From NCBI GenBank assembly GCA_964016885.1, contig OZ024744.1:18414001-18478000 (forward strand): a DNA stretch of 64,000 nucleotides, given 5' to 3'. Positions 11,056 through 24,800 of this stretch are shown here, in pieces (the first letter of the stretch is position 1; every line of letters begins with the position of its first letter). Source of the stretch: Eledone cirrhosa. Taxonomy: Eukaryota. Made by a program: the position numbers and the translations under genes. Under the pieces are notes generated by a model. The model had not been told where the DNA came from. It did not search any database and saw nothing but the letters and a program-made list of their open reading frames with translations.

Positions 11056-14000
11056 GTGTTTCTGTATGTCTGTGTCTTTGTGTATGTTACTGTACCTTTG
11101 TGTATGTCTGTGTCACTGTGTATGTCACTGTGTGTTTCTGTATGTCTGTGTCACTGTGTATGTCACTGTGTGTTTCTGTATATTTGTGTCTCTGTGTATG
11201 TCACTGTATCTTTGTGTATGTCTGTGTCACTGTGTATGTCACTGTATTTTTGTGTATGTCGGTGTCACCGTGTATGTCACTGTAACGTTGCGCATCTCTG
11301 TGTCACTGTGTATGTCACTGTATCTTTGTGTATGTCTGTGTCACTGTGCATGTCACTGTGTGTTTCTCTATGTATGTGTCACGGTGTATGTCACTGTATG
11401 TTTGTGTATGTCTGTGTCACTGTGTATGTCACTGTATCTTTGTGTATGTCTGTGTCACTGTGTATGTTACTGTGTGTTTCTGTATGTCTGTGTCACTGTG
11501 TATGTTGTTGTGTCTTTCTGTATGTCTGTGTCACTGTGTATATCACTGTATGTTTGTGTGTGTCTGTGTCACTGTGTATGTCACTGTATGTCTCTGTATG
11601 TCTGTGTCACTGTCTATGTCACTGTATCTTTGTGTATGTCTGTGTCACTGTGTATGTCACTGTGTGTTTATGTATTTCTGTGTCTCTGTATATGTCACTG
11701 TATCTTTGTGTATGTCTGCGTCACTGTGTATGTCACTGTATGTTTGTGTATGTCTGCGTCACTGTATGTTTCTGTATGTGTGTGTCACTGTGTATATCAC
11801 TGTATGTCTGTGTATGCCTGTGTCACGGTGTATGTCACTGTATGTTTGTGTGTGTCTGTGTTACTGTGTATGTCACTGTGTGTTTGTGTATGTATGTGTC
11901 ACTGTATGTTTCTGTATGTCTGTGTCACTGTGTATGTCACTGTGTGTTTCTGTATGTCTGTGTCACCGTGTATGTCACTGTATCTTTGTGTATGCATGTG
12001 TCACTGTGTATGTCACTGTGTGATTCTGTATGTCTGTGTCACTGTGTATGTCACTGTGTGTTTCTGTATGTTTGTGTCACTGTGTATGTCAATAAATGTT
12101 TGTGTGTGTCTGTGTCTCTATGTATGTCACTGTGTATTTGCGTGTGTCTGTGTTACTGTGTATGTCACTGTTTGTTTGTGTATGTCTGTGTCACTGTGTG
12201 TGTTTCTGTATGTCTGTTGCACTGTGTATGTCATTGCATCTTTGTATATGTCTGTGTCACTCTGCTTGTCACTGTGTGTTTCTGTATGTCTGTGTCACTG
12301 TGTATGTCACTGTATGTTTCTGTATGTCTGTTTCACTGTGCATATCACTGTGTGTTTCTGTATGTCTGTGTCACTGTATATGTCACTGTATCTTTGTGTA
12401 TGCCTGTGTCACTCTGTATGTTACTGTGTGTTTCTGTATGTCTGTGTCACTATGTATGCCACTGTATGTTTGTGTTGTCTGTGTCATTGTGTATGTCACT
12501 GGGTGTTTCTGTATGACTGTGTCACTGTGTATGACACTGTGTCTTTCTGTATGTATGTATCACTGTGTATGTCACTGTGTGTATCTGTATGTCTGTGTCA
12601 CTGTGTAAGTCATTGTATCTTTGTGTATGTCTGTGGCACTCTGTATGTCGTTGTGTGTTTCTGTATGTATGTGTCTCTGTGTATGTCACTGTATATTTGT
12701 GTATGTATGTGTCACTGTGTATGTCACTGTGAGTTTCTCTATGTCTGTGTCACTGTGTATGTCACTGTATGTCTCTGTATGTCTGTGTCACTGTCTATGT
12801 CACTGTATCTTTGTGTATGTCTGTGTCACTGTGTATGTCACTGTGTGTTTCTGTATGTCTGTGTCACTGTGTATGTCACAGTGTGTTTCTGTATATATGT
12901 GTCTCTATGTATGTCACTGTATCTTTGTGTATGTCTGTGTCACTGTGTGTTTCTGTATGTCTGTGTCACTGAGTATGTCACTGTATGTTTGTGTGTGTCT
13001 GTGTCACTGTGTATGTCACTGTGTGTTTGTGTATGTCTGTGTCACTGTATGTCTGTGTCACTGTGTATGTCACTGTTTGTTTCTGTATGTAAGTGTCACT
13101 GTGTATGTCACCGTATGTGTGTGTATGTCTGTGTCACGGTGTATGTCACTGTATCTTTGTGTATGCCTGTGTCACTGTGTATGTCAATGTGTGTTTCTGT
13201 ATGTCTGTGTCACTGTGTATGTCACTGTATGTTTGTGTGTGTCTGTGTCACTGTGTATGTCAATGTCTCTGTGTGTTTCTGTATGTCTGTGTCTCTGTGT
13301 ATGTCACTGTATCTTTGTGTATGTATGTGTCACTGTGTATGTCACTGTGTGTTTCTGTATGTCTGTGTCACTGTGTATATCACTGTGTGTTTCTGTATAT
13401 CTGTGTCTCTGTGTATGTCACAGTATCTTTGTGTATGTCTGGGTCACTGTGTATGTCACTGCATATTTGTGTATGTCTATGTCACCGTGTATATCACTGT
13501 ATGTTTGTGTATGTCTGTGTCTCTGTGTATGTCACTGTATCTTTCTGTATGTCTGTGTCACTGTGTATATCAATGTGTGTTTCTGTATCTCTGTGTCACG
13601 GTGTATGTCACTGCATGTTTGTGTATGTCTGTGTGACTGTGTATGTCACTGTGTGTTTCTGTATGGCTGTGTCACTGTGTATATCACTGTATGTTTGTGT
13701 ATGCCTGTGTCACGGTGTATGTCACTGTATGTTTCAGTATGTCTGTGTCACTGTGTAAGTCATTTTATCTTTGTGTATGTCTGTGGCACACTGTATGTCG
13801 TTGTGTGTTTCTGTATGTATGTGTCTCTGTGTATGTCACTGTATATTTGTGTATGTATGTGTCACTGTGTATGTCACTGTGAGTTTCTGTATGTCTGTGT
13901 CACTGTGTATGTCACTGTATGTCTCTGTATGTCTGTGTCACTGTATATGTCACTGTATCTTTGTGTATGTCTGTGTCACTGTGTATGTCACTGTGTGTTT

Positions 14001-17000
14001 ATGTATTTCTGTGTCTCTGTATACGTCACTGTATCTTTGTGTATGTCTGCGTCACTGTGTATGTCACTGTATGTTTGTGTATGTCTGTGTCACTGTGTGT
14101 TTCTGTATGTGTGTGTCACTGTGTATATCACTGTATGTTTGTGTATGCCTGTGTCACGGTGTATGTCACTGTATGTTTGTGTGAGTCTGTGTCACTGTGT
14201 GTTTGTGTATGTATGTGTCACTGTATCTTTGTGTATGCCTGTGTCACTGTGTATGTCACTGTGTGATTCTGTATGTCTGTGTCACTGTGTATGTCAATGT
14301 GTGTTTCTGTATGTTTGTGTCACTGTGTATGTCACTAAATGTTTGTGTGTGTCTGTGTCTCTATGTATGTCACTGTGTATTTGCGTGTGTCTGTGTCACT
14401 GTGTATGTCACTGTGTGTTTCTGTATGTCTGTGTGACTGTGTATGTCACTGTTTGTTTGTGTATGTCTGTGTCACTGTGTGTGTTTCTGTATGTCTGTGT
14501 CACTGTGTATGTCATTGCATCTTTGTGTATGTCTGTGTCATTGTGTATGTCACTGTGTGTTTCTGTATGTTTGTGTCACTGTGTATGTCACTGTGTGTTT
14601 CTGTATATCTGTGTCTCTGTGTATGTTACTGTATCTTTGTGTATGTCTGTGTCACTGTGTATGTCACTGTATCTTTGTGTATGTCTGTGTCACGGTGTAT
14701 ATCACTGTATGTTTGTGTATGTCTGTGTCACTCTATATGTCACTGTATGTTTCTGTATGTATGTGTCACTGTGTATGTCAATGTGTGTTTCTGTATCTCT
14801 GTGTCACGGTGTATGTCACTGTATGTTTGTGTATGTCTGTGTGACTGTGTATGTCACTGTATGTTTCTGAATGTCTGTGTAACTGTGTATGTCATTGTAT
14901 TTTTGTGTTTGTATGTGTCACTGTGTATGTCACTGTGTGTTTGTGTATACCTGTGTCACTGTGTATGTTACTGTGAGTTTCTGTATGTCTGTGTCACTGT
15001 TTACGTCACTGTATATTTCTGTATGTCTGTGTCAGTGTGTATGTCACTGGGTGATTCTGTATGTCTGTGTCATACTGTATATCACTGTATCTTTGTGTAG
15101 GTCTGTGTCACTGTATATGTCACTGTATCTTTGTGTATGTCTGTGTCACTGTGTATGTCACTGTGTGTTTCTGTATGTCTGTGTCACTGTGTATATCACT
15201 GTGTGTTTCTGTATATCTGTGTCTCTGTGTATGTCACTGTATCTTTGTGTATGTCTGTGTCACTGTGTATGTCACTGTATCTTTGTGTATGTCGGTGTCA
15301 CCGTGTATGTCACTGTAACGTTGTGTATCTCTGTGTCACTGTGTATGTCACTGTATCATTGTGTATGTCTGTGTCACTGTGCATGTCACTGTGTGTTTCT
15401 GTATTTATGTGTCACGGTGTATGTCACTGTATGTTTGTGTATGTCTGTGTCACTGTGTATATCACTGTATCTTTGTGTATGTCTGTGTCACTGTGTGTGT
15501 TATTGTGTGTTTCTGTATGTCTGTGTCACTGTGTATGTCTTTGTGTCTTTCTGTATGTCTGTGTCACTGTGTATATCACTGTATGTTTGTATGTGTCTGT
15601 GTCACTGTGTATGTCACTGTATGTCTCTGTATGTCTGTGTCACTGTCTATGTCACTGTATCTTTGTGTATATCTGTGTCACTGTGTATGTCACTGTGTGT
15701 TTATGTATTTCTGTGTCTCTGTATATGTCACTGTATCTTTGTGTATGTCTGCGTCACTGTGTATGTCACTGTATGTTTGTGTATGTCTGTGTCACTGTGT
15801 AAGTCATTTTATCTTTGTGTATGTCTGTGGCACACTGTATGTCGTTGTGTGTTTCTGTATGTATGTGTCTCTGTGTATGTCACTGTATATTTGTGTATGT
15901 CTGTGTCACTGTGTATGTCACTGTATGTCTCTGTATGTCTGTGTCACTGTCTATGTCACTGTATCTTTGTGTATGTCTGTGTCACTGTGTATGTCACTGT
16001 GTGTTTATGTATTTCTGTGTCTCTGTATACGTCACTGTATCTTTGTGTATGTCTGCGTCACTGTGTATGTCACTGTGTGTTTGTGTATGTATGTGTCACT
16101 GTATGTTTCTGTATGTCTGTGTCACTGTGTATGTCACTCTGTGTTTCTGTATGTCTGTGTCACCGTGTATGTCACTGTATCTTTGTGTATGCCTGTGTCA
16201 CTGTGTATGTCACTGTGTGATTCTGTATGTCTGTGTCACTGTGTATGTCAATGTGTGTTTCTGTATGTTTGTGTCACTGTGTATGTCACTAAATGTTTGT
16301 GTGTGTCTGTGTCTCTATGTATGTCACTGTGTATTTGCGTGTGTCTGTGTCACTGTGTATGTCACTGTGTGTTTCTGTATGTCTGTGTGACTGTGTATGT
16401 CACTGTTTGTTTGTGTATGTCTGTGTCACTGTGTGTGTTTCTGTATGTCTGTGTCACTGTGTATGTCATTGCATCTTTGTGTATGTCTGTGTCATTGTGT
16501 ATGTCACTGTGTGTTTATGTATGTTTGTGTCACTGTGTATGTCACTGTGAGTTTCTGTATATCTGTGTCTCTGTGTATGTTACTGTATCTTTGTGTATGT
16601 CTGTGTTACTGTGTATGTCACTGTATCTTTGTGTATGTCTATGTCACGGTGTATATCACTGTAAGTTTGTGTATGTCTGTGTCACTCTATATGTCACTGT
16701 TTTTTTCTGTATGTATGTGTCACTGTGTATGTCAATGTGTGTTTCTGTATCTCTGTGTCACGGTGTATGTCACTGTATGTTTGTGTATGTCTGTGTGAAT
16801 GTGTATGTCACTGTATGTTAATGTATGTCTGTGTCACTGTGTATGTCACTGTGTGTTTCTGTATGTCTGTGTCACTGTGTATGTCACTGTATATTTGTGT
16901 ATGTCTGTGTCACTGTGTATGTCACTGTGTGTTTCTGTATGTCTGTGTCACTGTCTATGTCACTGTATGTTTCTGAATGTCTGTGTAACTGTGTATGTCA

Positions 17001-18871
17001 CTGTGTGTTTCTGTGTGTCTGTGTCACGGTGTATGTCACTGTATGTTTGTGTGTGTCTGTGTCATTGTGTATGTCACTGTGTGTTTCTGTATGTCGCTGT
17101 CACAGTGTATGTCACTGTATCTTTGTGTATGTCTGTGTCACTGTGTATGTCACTGTGTGTTTCTGTATGTCTGTGTCACTGTGTATGTCACTCTGTGTTT
17201 CTGTATGTTTGTGTCACTGTGTATGTCACTAAATGTTTGTGTGTGTCTGTGTCTCTGTCTATGTCACTGTGTGTTTGCGTGTGTCTTTGTCACTGTGTAT
17301 GTCACTGTGTGTTTCTGCATGTCTGTGTGACTGTGTATGTCACTGTGTGTTTGTGTATGTCTGTGTCACTGTATGTTTCTGTATGTCTGTTTCACCGTGT
17401 ATGTCACTGTGTGTATCTGTATGTATGTGTCACCGTGTATGTCACTGTATCTTTGTGTATGCCTTTGTCACTGTGTATGTCACTGTGCGTTTCTGTATGT
17501 TTGTGTCACTGTGTATGTCACTAAATGTTTGTGTGTGTCTGTGTCACTGTGTATGTCACTGTGTGTTTGCGTGTGTCTGTGTCACTGTGTATGTCACTGT
17601 GTGTTTCTGTATGTCTGTGTGACTGTGTATGTCACTCTGTGTTTGTGTATGTCTGTGTCACTGTGTGTGTTTCTGTATGTCTGTGTCACTGTGTATGTCA
17701 TTGTCTTTTTGTGTTTGTATGTGTCACTGTGTATGTCACTGTGTGTTTGTGTATACCTGTGTCACTGTGTATGTTACTGTGAGTTTCTGTATGTCTGTGT
17801 CACTGTGTACGTCACTGTATATTTCTGTATGTCTGTGTCAGTGTGTATGTCACTGGGTGATTCTGTATGTCTGTGTCACACTGTATATCACTGTATCTTT
17901 GTGTAGGTCTGTGTCACTGTATATGTCACTGTATCTTTGTGTATGTCTACGTCACTGTGTGTGTCACTGTGTGTTTCTGTATGTCTGTGTCTTTGTGTAT
18001 GTTACTGTACCTTTGTGTATGTCTGTGTCACTGTGTATGTCACTGTGTGATTCTGTATGTCTGTGTCACTGTGTATGTCAATGTGTGTTTCTGTATGTTT
18101 GTGTCACTGTGTATGTCACTAAATGTTTGTGTGTGTCTGTGTCTCTATGTATGTCACTGTGTATTTGCGTGTGTCTGTGTCACTGTGTATGTCACTGTGT
18201 GTTTCTGTATGTCTGTGTGACTGTGTATGTCACTGTTTGTTTGTGTATGTCTGTGTCACTGTGTGTGTTTCTGTATGTCTGTGTCACTGTGTATGTCACT
18301 GTGTGTTTCTGTATGTTTGGTCACTGTGTATGTCACTGTGTGTTTCTGTATATCTGTGTCTCTGTGTATGTTACTGTATCTTTGTGTATGTCTGTGTCAC
18401 TGTGTATGTCACTGTATCTTTGTGTATGTCTGTGTCACGGTGTATATCACTGTATGTTTGTGTATGTCTGTGTCACTCTATATGTCACTGTATGTTTCTG
18501 TATGTATGTGTCACTGTGTATGTCAATGTGTGTTTCTGTATCTCTGTGTCACGGTGTATGTCACTGTATGTTTGCGTATGTCTGTGTGACTGTGTATGTC
18601 ACTGTATGTTTCTGAATGTCTGTATAACTGTGTATGTCACTGTGTGTTTCTGTGTGTCTGTGTCACGGTGTATGTCACTGTATGTTTGTGTGTGTCTGTG
18701 TCATTGTGTATGTCACTGTGTGTTTCTGTATGTCGGTGTCACCGTGTATGTCACTGTATCTTTGTGTATGCCTGTGTCACTGTGTATGTCACTGTGTGTT
18801 TCTGTATGTCTGTGTCACTGTGTATGTCACTGTGTGTTTCTGTATGTTTGTGTCACTGTGTATGTCACTAA

Positions 18872-21800
18872 ATGTTTGTGTGTGTCTGTGTCACTGTGTA
18901 TGTCACTGTGTGTTTCTGTATGTCGCTGTCACCGTGTATGTCACTGTATCTTTGTGTATGCCTGTGTCACTGTGTATGTCACTGTGTGATTCTGTATGTC
19001 TGTGTCACTGTGTATGTCACTGTGTGTTTCTGTATGTTTGTGTCACTGTGTATGTCACTAAATGTTTGTGTGTGTCTGTGTCTCTGTCTATGTCACTGTG
19101 TGTTTGCGTGTGTCTTTGTCACTGTGTATGTCACTGTGTGTTTCTGTATGTCTGTGTGACTGTGTATGTCACTGTGTGTTTGTGTATGTCTGTGTCACTG
19201 TATGTTTCTGTATGTCTGTTTCACTGTGTATGTCACTGTGTGTTTCTGTATGTATGTGTCACCGTGTATGTCACTGTATCTTTGTGTATGCCTTTGTCAC
19301 TGTGTATGTCACTGTGTGTTTCTGTATGTTTGTGTCACTGTGCATGTCACTAAATGTTTGTGTGTGTCTGTGTCTCTGTGTATGTCACTGTGTGTTTGCG
19401 TGTGTCTGTGTCACTGTGTATGTCACTGTGTGTTTCTGTATGTCTGTGTGACTGTGTATGTCACTCTGTGTTTGTGTATGTCTGTGTCACTGTGTGTGTT
19501 TCTGTATGTCTGTGTCACTGTGTATGTCATTGTATCTTTGTGTCTGTATGTGTCACTGTGTATGTCACTGTGTGTTTGTGTATACCTGTGTCACTGTGTA
19601 TGTTACTGTGAGTTTCTGTATGTCTGTGTCACTGTGTACGTCACTGTATATTTCTGTATGTCTGTGTCAGTGTGTATGTCACTGGGTGATTCTGTATGTA
19701 TGTGTCACACTGTATATCACTGTATCTTTGTGTAGGTCTGTGTCACCGTGTATGTCACTGTATCTTTATGTATGTCTGTGTCACTGTATATGTCACTGTA
19801 TCTTTGTGTATGTCTACGTCACTGTGTATGTCACTGTGTGTTTCTATATGTCTGTGTCACCGTGTATGTCACTGTATCTTTGTGTATGCCTGTGTCACTG
19901 TGTATGTCACTGTGTGTTTCTGTATGTCTGTGTCACTGTGTATGTCATTGTGTGTTTCTGTATGTCTGTGGCACTGTGTATGTCACTGTGTGTTTCTGTA
20001 TGTCTGTGTCACTGTCTATGTCGCTGTATGTTTCTGAATGTCTGTGTCACTGTGTATGTCACTGTGTGTTTCTGTATGTCTGTGTCACTGTCTATGTCAC
20101 TGTATGTTTCTGAATGTCTGTGTCACTGTGTATGTCACTGTGTGTTTCTGTATATCTGTGTCACGGTGTATGTCACTGAATGTTTGTGTGTGTCTGTGTC
20201 ACTGTGTTTGTCACTGTGTGTTTCTGTATGTCTGTGTCACCGTGTATGTCACGGTATCTTTGTGTATGCCTGTGTCACTGTGTATGTCACTGTGTGTTTC
20301 TGTATTTCTGTGTCACTGTGTATGTCACTGTGTGTTTCTGTATGTTTGTGTCACTGTGTATGTCACTAAATGTTTGTGTGTGTCTGTGTCTCTGTGTATG
20401 TCACTGTGTGTTTGCGTGTGTCTGTGTCACTGTGTATGTCACTGTGTTTCTGTATGTCTGTGTCACTGTGTATGTCACTGTGTGTTTGTGTATGTATGTG
20501 TCACTGTATGTTTCTGAATGTCTGTGTCACTGTGTATGTCACTGTGTGTTTCCGTATGTATGTGTCACCGTGTATGTCACTGTATCTTTGTGTATGCCTG
20601 TGTCACTGTGTATGTCACTGTGTGTTTCTGTATGTCTGTGTCACTGTGTATGTCACTGTGTGTTTCTGTATGTTTGTGTCATTGTGTATGTCACTAAATG
20701 TTTGTCTGTGTCTGTGTCTCTGTGTATGTCACTGTGTGTTTGCGTGTGTCTGTGTCACTGTGTATGTCACTGTGTGTTTCTGTATGTCTGTGTGACTGTG
20801 TATGTCACTGTGTGTTTGTGTATGTCTGTGTCACTGTGTGTGTTTCTGTATGTCTGTGTCACTGTGTATGTCACTGTATGTTTCTTTATGTATGTGTCAC
20901 TGTGTATGTCACTGTATCTTTGTGTATGTCTGTGTCACTCTGTATTTCACCGTGTGTTTCTGTATGTCTGTGTCAATGTGTATGTCACTGTGTGTTTCTG
21001 TATGTCTGTGTCACTGTGTATGTCACTGTATGTTTCTGAATGTTTGTGTCACTGTGTATGTCACTGTGTGTTTGCGTGTGTCTGTGTCACTGTGTATGTC
21101 ACTGTGTGTTTCTGTATGTCTGTGTGACTGTGTATGTCACTCTGTGTTTGTGTATGTCTGTGTCACTGTGTGTGTTTCTGTATGTCTGTGTCACTGTGTA
21201 TGTCATTGTATCTTTGTGTATGTATGTGTCACTGTGTATGTCACTGTATTTTTGAGTATGTCTGTGTCATTGTGTATGTCACTGTGTGTTTCTGTATGTT
21301 TGTGTCACTGTGTATGTCACTGTGTGTTTCTGTATATCTGTGTCTCTGTGTATGTTACTGTATCTTTGTGTATGTCTGCGTCACTGTGTATGTCACTGTA
21401 TCTTTGTGTATGTCTGTGTCACGGTGTATATCACTGTATGTTTGTGTATGTCTGTGTCACTCTATATGTCACTGTATGTTACTGTATGTATGTGTCACTG
21501 TGTATGTCAATGTGTGTTTCTGTATCTCTGTGTCACGGTGTATGTCACTGTATGTTTGTGTATGTTTGTGTGACTGTGTATGTCACTGTATGTTACTGTA
21601 TGTCTGTGTCACTGTGTATGTCACTGTGTGTTTCTGTATGTCTGTGTCACTGTGTATGTCACTGTATATTTGTGTATGTCTGTGTCACTGTGTATGTCAC
21701 TGTGTGTTTCTGTATGTCTGTGTCACTGTCTATGTCACTGTATGTTTCTGAATGTCTGTGTAACTGTGTATGTCACTGTGTGTTTCTGTGTGTCTGTGTC

Positions 21801-24800
21801 ACGGTGTATGTCACTGTATGTTTGTGTGTGTCTGTGTCATTGTGTATGTCACTGTGTGTTTCTGTATGTCGCTGTCACCGTGTATGTCACTGTATATTTG
21901 TGTATGCCTGTGTCACTGTGTATGTCACTGTGTGTTTCTGTATGTCTGTGTCACTGTGTATGTCACTGTGTGTGTCTATGTCACTGTGTATGTCACTGTG
22001 TGTTTCTATATGTATGTGTCACCGTATATGTCACTGTATCTTTGTGTATGCCTGTGTCACTGTGTATGTCACTGTGTGTTTCTGTATGTCTGTGTCACTG
22101 TGTATGTCACTGTGTGTTTCTGTATGTATGTGGCACTGTGTATGTCACTGTGTGTTTCTGTATGTCTGTGTCACTGTCTATGTCGCTGTATGTTTCTGAA
22201 TGTCTGTGTCACTGTGTATGTCACTGTGTGTTTCTGTATATCTGTGTCACTGTCTATGTCACTGTATGTTTCTGAATGTCTGTGTCACTGTGTATGTCAC
22301 TGTGTGTTTCTGTATATCTGTGTCACGGTGTATGTCACTGAATGTTTGTGTGTGTCTGTGTCACTGTGTTTGTCACTATGTGTTTCTGTATGTCTGTGTC
22401 ACCGTGTATGTCACGGTATCTTTGTGTATGCCTGTGTCACTGTGTATGTCACTGTGTGTTTCTGTATTTCTGTGTCACTGTGTATGTCACTGTGTGTTTC
22501 TGTATGTTTGTGTCACTGTGTATGTCACTAAATGTTTGTGTGTGTCTGTGTCTCTGTGTATGTCACTGTGTGTTTGCGTGTGTCTGTGTCACTGTGTATG
22601 TCACTGTGTGTTTCTGTATGTCTGTGTCACTGTGTATGTCACTGTGTGTTTGTGTATGTCTGTGTCACTGTATGTTTCTGAATGTCTGTGTCACTGTGTA
22701 TGTCACTGTGTGTTTCCGTATGTATGTGTCACCGTGTATGTCACTGTATCTTTGTGTATGCCTGTGTCACTGTGTATGTCACTGTGTGTTTCTGTATGTC
22801 TGTGTCACTGTGTATGTCACTGTGTGTTTCTGTATGTTTGTGTCATTGTGTATGTCACTAAATGTTTGTGTGTGTCTGTGTCTCTGTGTATGTCACTGTG
22901 TGTTTGCGTGTGTCTGTGTCACTGTGTATGTCACTGTGTGTTTCTGTATGTCTGTGTGACTGTGTATGTCACTTGTGTTTGTGTATGTCTGTGTCACTGT
23001 GTGTGTTTCTGTATGTCTGTGTCACTGTGTATGTCACTGTATGTTTCTGTATGTATGTGTCACTGTGTATGTCACTGTATCTTTGTGTATGTCTGTGTCA
23101 CTCTGTATGTCACCGTGTGTTTCTGTATGTCTGTGTCAATGTGTATGTCACTGTGTGTTTCTGTATGTCTGTGTCACTGTGTATGTCACTGTATGTTTCT
23201 GAATGTTTGTGTCACTGTGTATGTCACTGTGTGTTTGCGTGTGTCTGTGTCACTGTGTATGTCACTGTGTGTTTCTGTATGTCTGTGTGACTGTGTATGT
23301 CACTCTGTGTTTGTGTATGTCTGTGTCACTGTGTGTGTTTCTGTATGTCTGTGTCACTGTGTATGTCATTGTATCTTTGTGTATGTATGTGTCACTGTGT
23401 ATGTCACTGTATTTTTGTGTATGTCTGTGTCATTGTGTATGTCACTGTGTGTTTCTGTATGTTTGTGTCACTGTGTATGTCACTGTGTGTTTCTGTATAT
23501 CTGTGTCTCTGTGTATGTTACTGTATCTTTGTGTATGTCTGTGTCACTGTGTATGTCACTGTATCTTTGTGTATGTCTGTGTCACGGTGTATATCACTGT
23601 ATGTTTGTGTATGTCTGTGTCACTCTATATGTCACTGTATGTTACTGTATGTATGTGTCACTGTGTATGTCAATGTGTGTTTCTGTATCTCTGTGTCACG
23701 GTGTATGTCACTGTATGTTTGTGTATGTTTGTGTGACTGTGTATGTCACTGTATGTTACTGTATGTCTGTGTCACTGTGTATGTCACTGTGTGTTTCTGT
23801 ATGTCTGTGTCACTGTGTATGTCACTGTATATTTGTGTATGTCTGTGTCACTGTGTATGTCACTGTGTGTTTCTGTATGTCTGTGTCACTGTCTATGTCA
23901 CTGTATGTTTCTGAATGTCTGTGTAACTGTGTATGTCACTGTGTGTTTCTGTGTGTCTGTGTCACGGTGTATGTCACTGTATGTTTGTGTGTGTCTGTGT
24001 CATTGTATATGTCACTGTGTGTTTCTGTATGTCGCTGTCACCGTGTATGTCACTGTATCTTTGTGTATGCCTGTGTCACTGTGTATGTCACTGTGTGTTT
24101 CTGTATGTCTGTGTCACTGTGTATGTCACTGTGTGTTTCTGTATGTTTGTGTCACTGTGTATGTCACTAAATGTTTGTGTGTGTCTGTGTCTCTGTCTAT
24201 GTCACTGTGTGTTTGCGTGTGTCTTTGTCACTGTGTATGTCACTGTGTGTTTCTGTATGTCTGTGTGACTGTGTATGTCACTGTGTGTTTGTGTATGTCT
24301 GTGTCACTGTATGTTTCTGTATGTCTGTTTCACTGTGTATGTCACTGTGTGTTTCTGTATGTATGTGTCACCGTGTATGTCACTGTATCTTTGTGTATGC
24401 CTTTGTCACTGTGTATGTCACTGTGTGTTTCTGTATGTTTGTGTCACTGTGTATGTCACTAAATGTTTGTGTGTGTCTGTGTCTCTGTCTATGTCACTGT
24501 GTGTTTGCTTGTGTCTGTGTCACTGTGTATGTCACTGTGTGTTTCTGTATGTCTGTGTGACTGTGTATGTCACTCTGTGTTTGTGTATGTCTGTGTCACT
24601 GTGTGTGTTTCTGTATGTCTGTGTCACTGTGTATGTCATTGTATCTTTGTGTTTGTATGTGTCACTGTGTATGTCACTGTGTGTTTGTGTATACCTGTGT
24701 CACTGTGTATGTTAATGTGAGTTTCTGTATGTCTGTGTCACTGTGTACGTCACTGTATATTTCTGTATGTCTGTGTCAGTGTGTATGTCACTGGGTGATT

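Larger units (their letters stand above)
4981..18871 (+). repeat. 13,891-bp tandem duplication, copy 1
   Basis: The ORF track repeats at a constant offset of 13,891 (5171/19062, 10676/24567, 18596/32487). The match starts at 4981/18872, where the preceding bases are GT versus AA. Confidence 0.95.
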
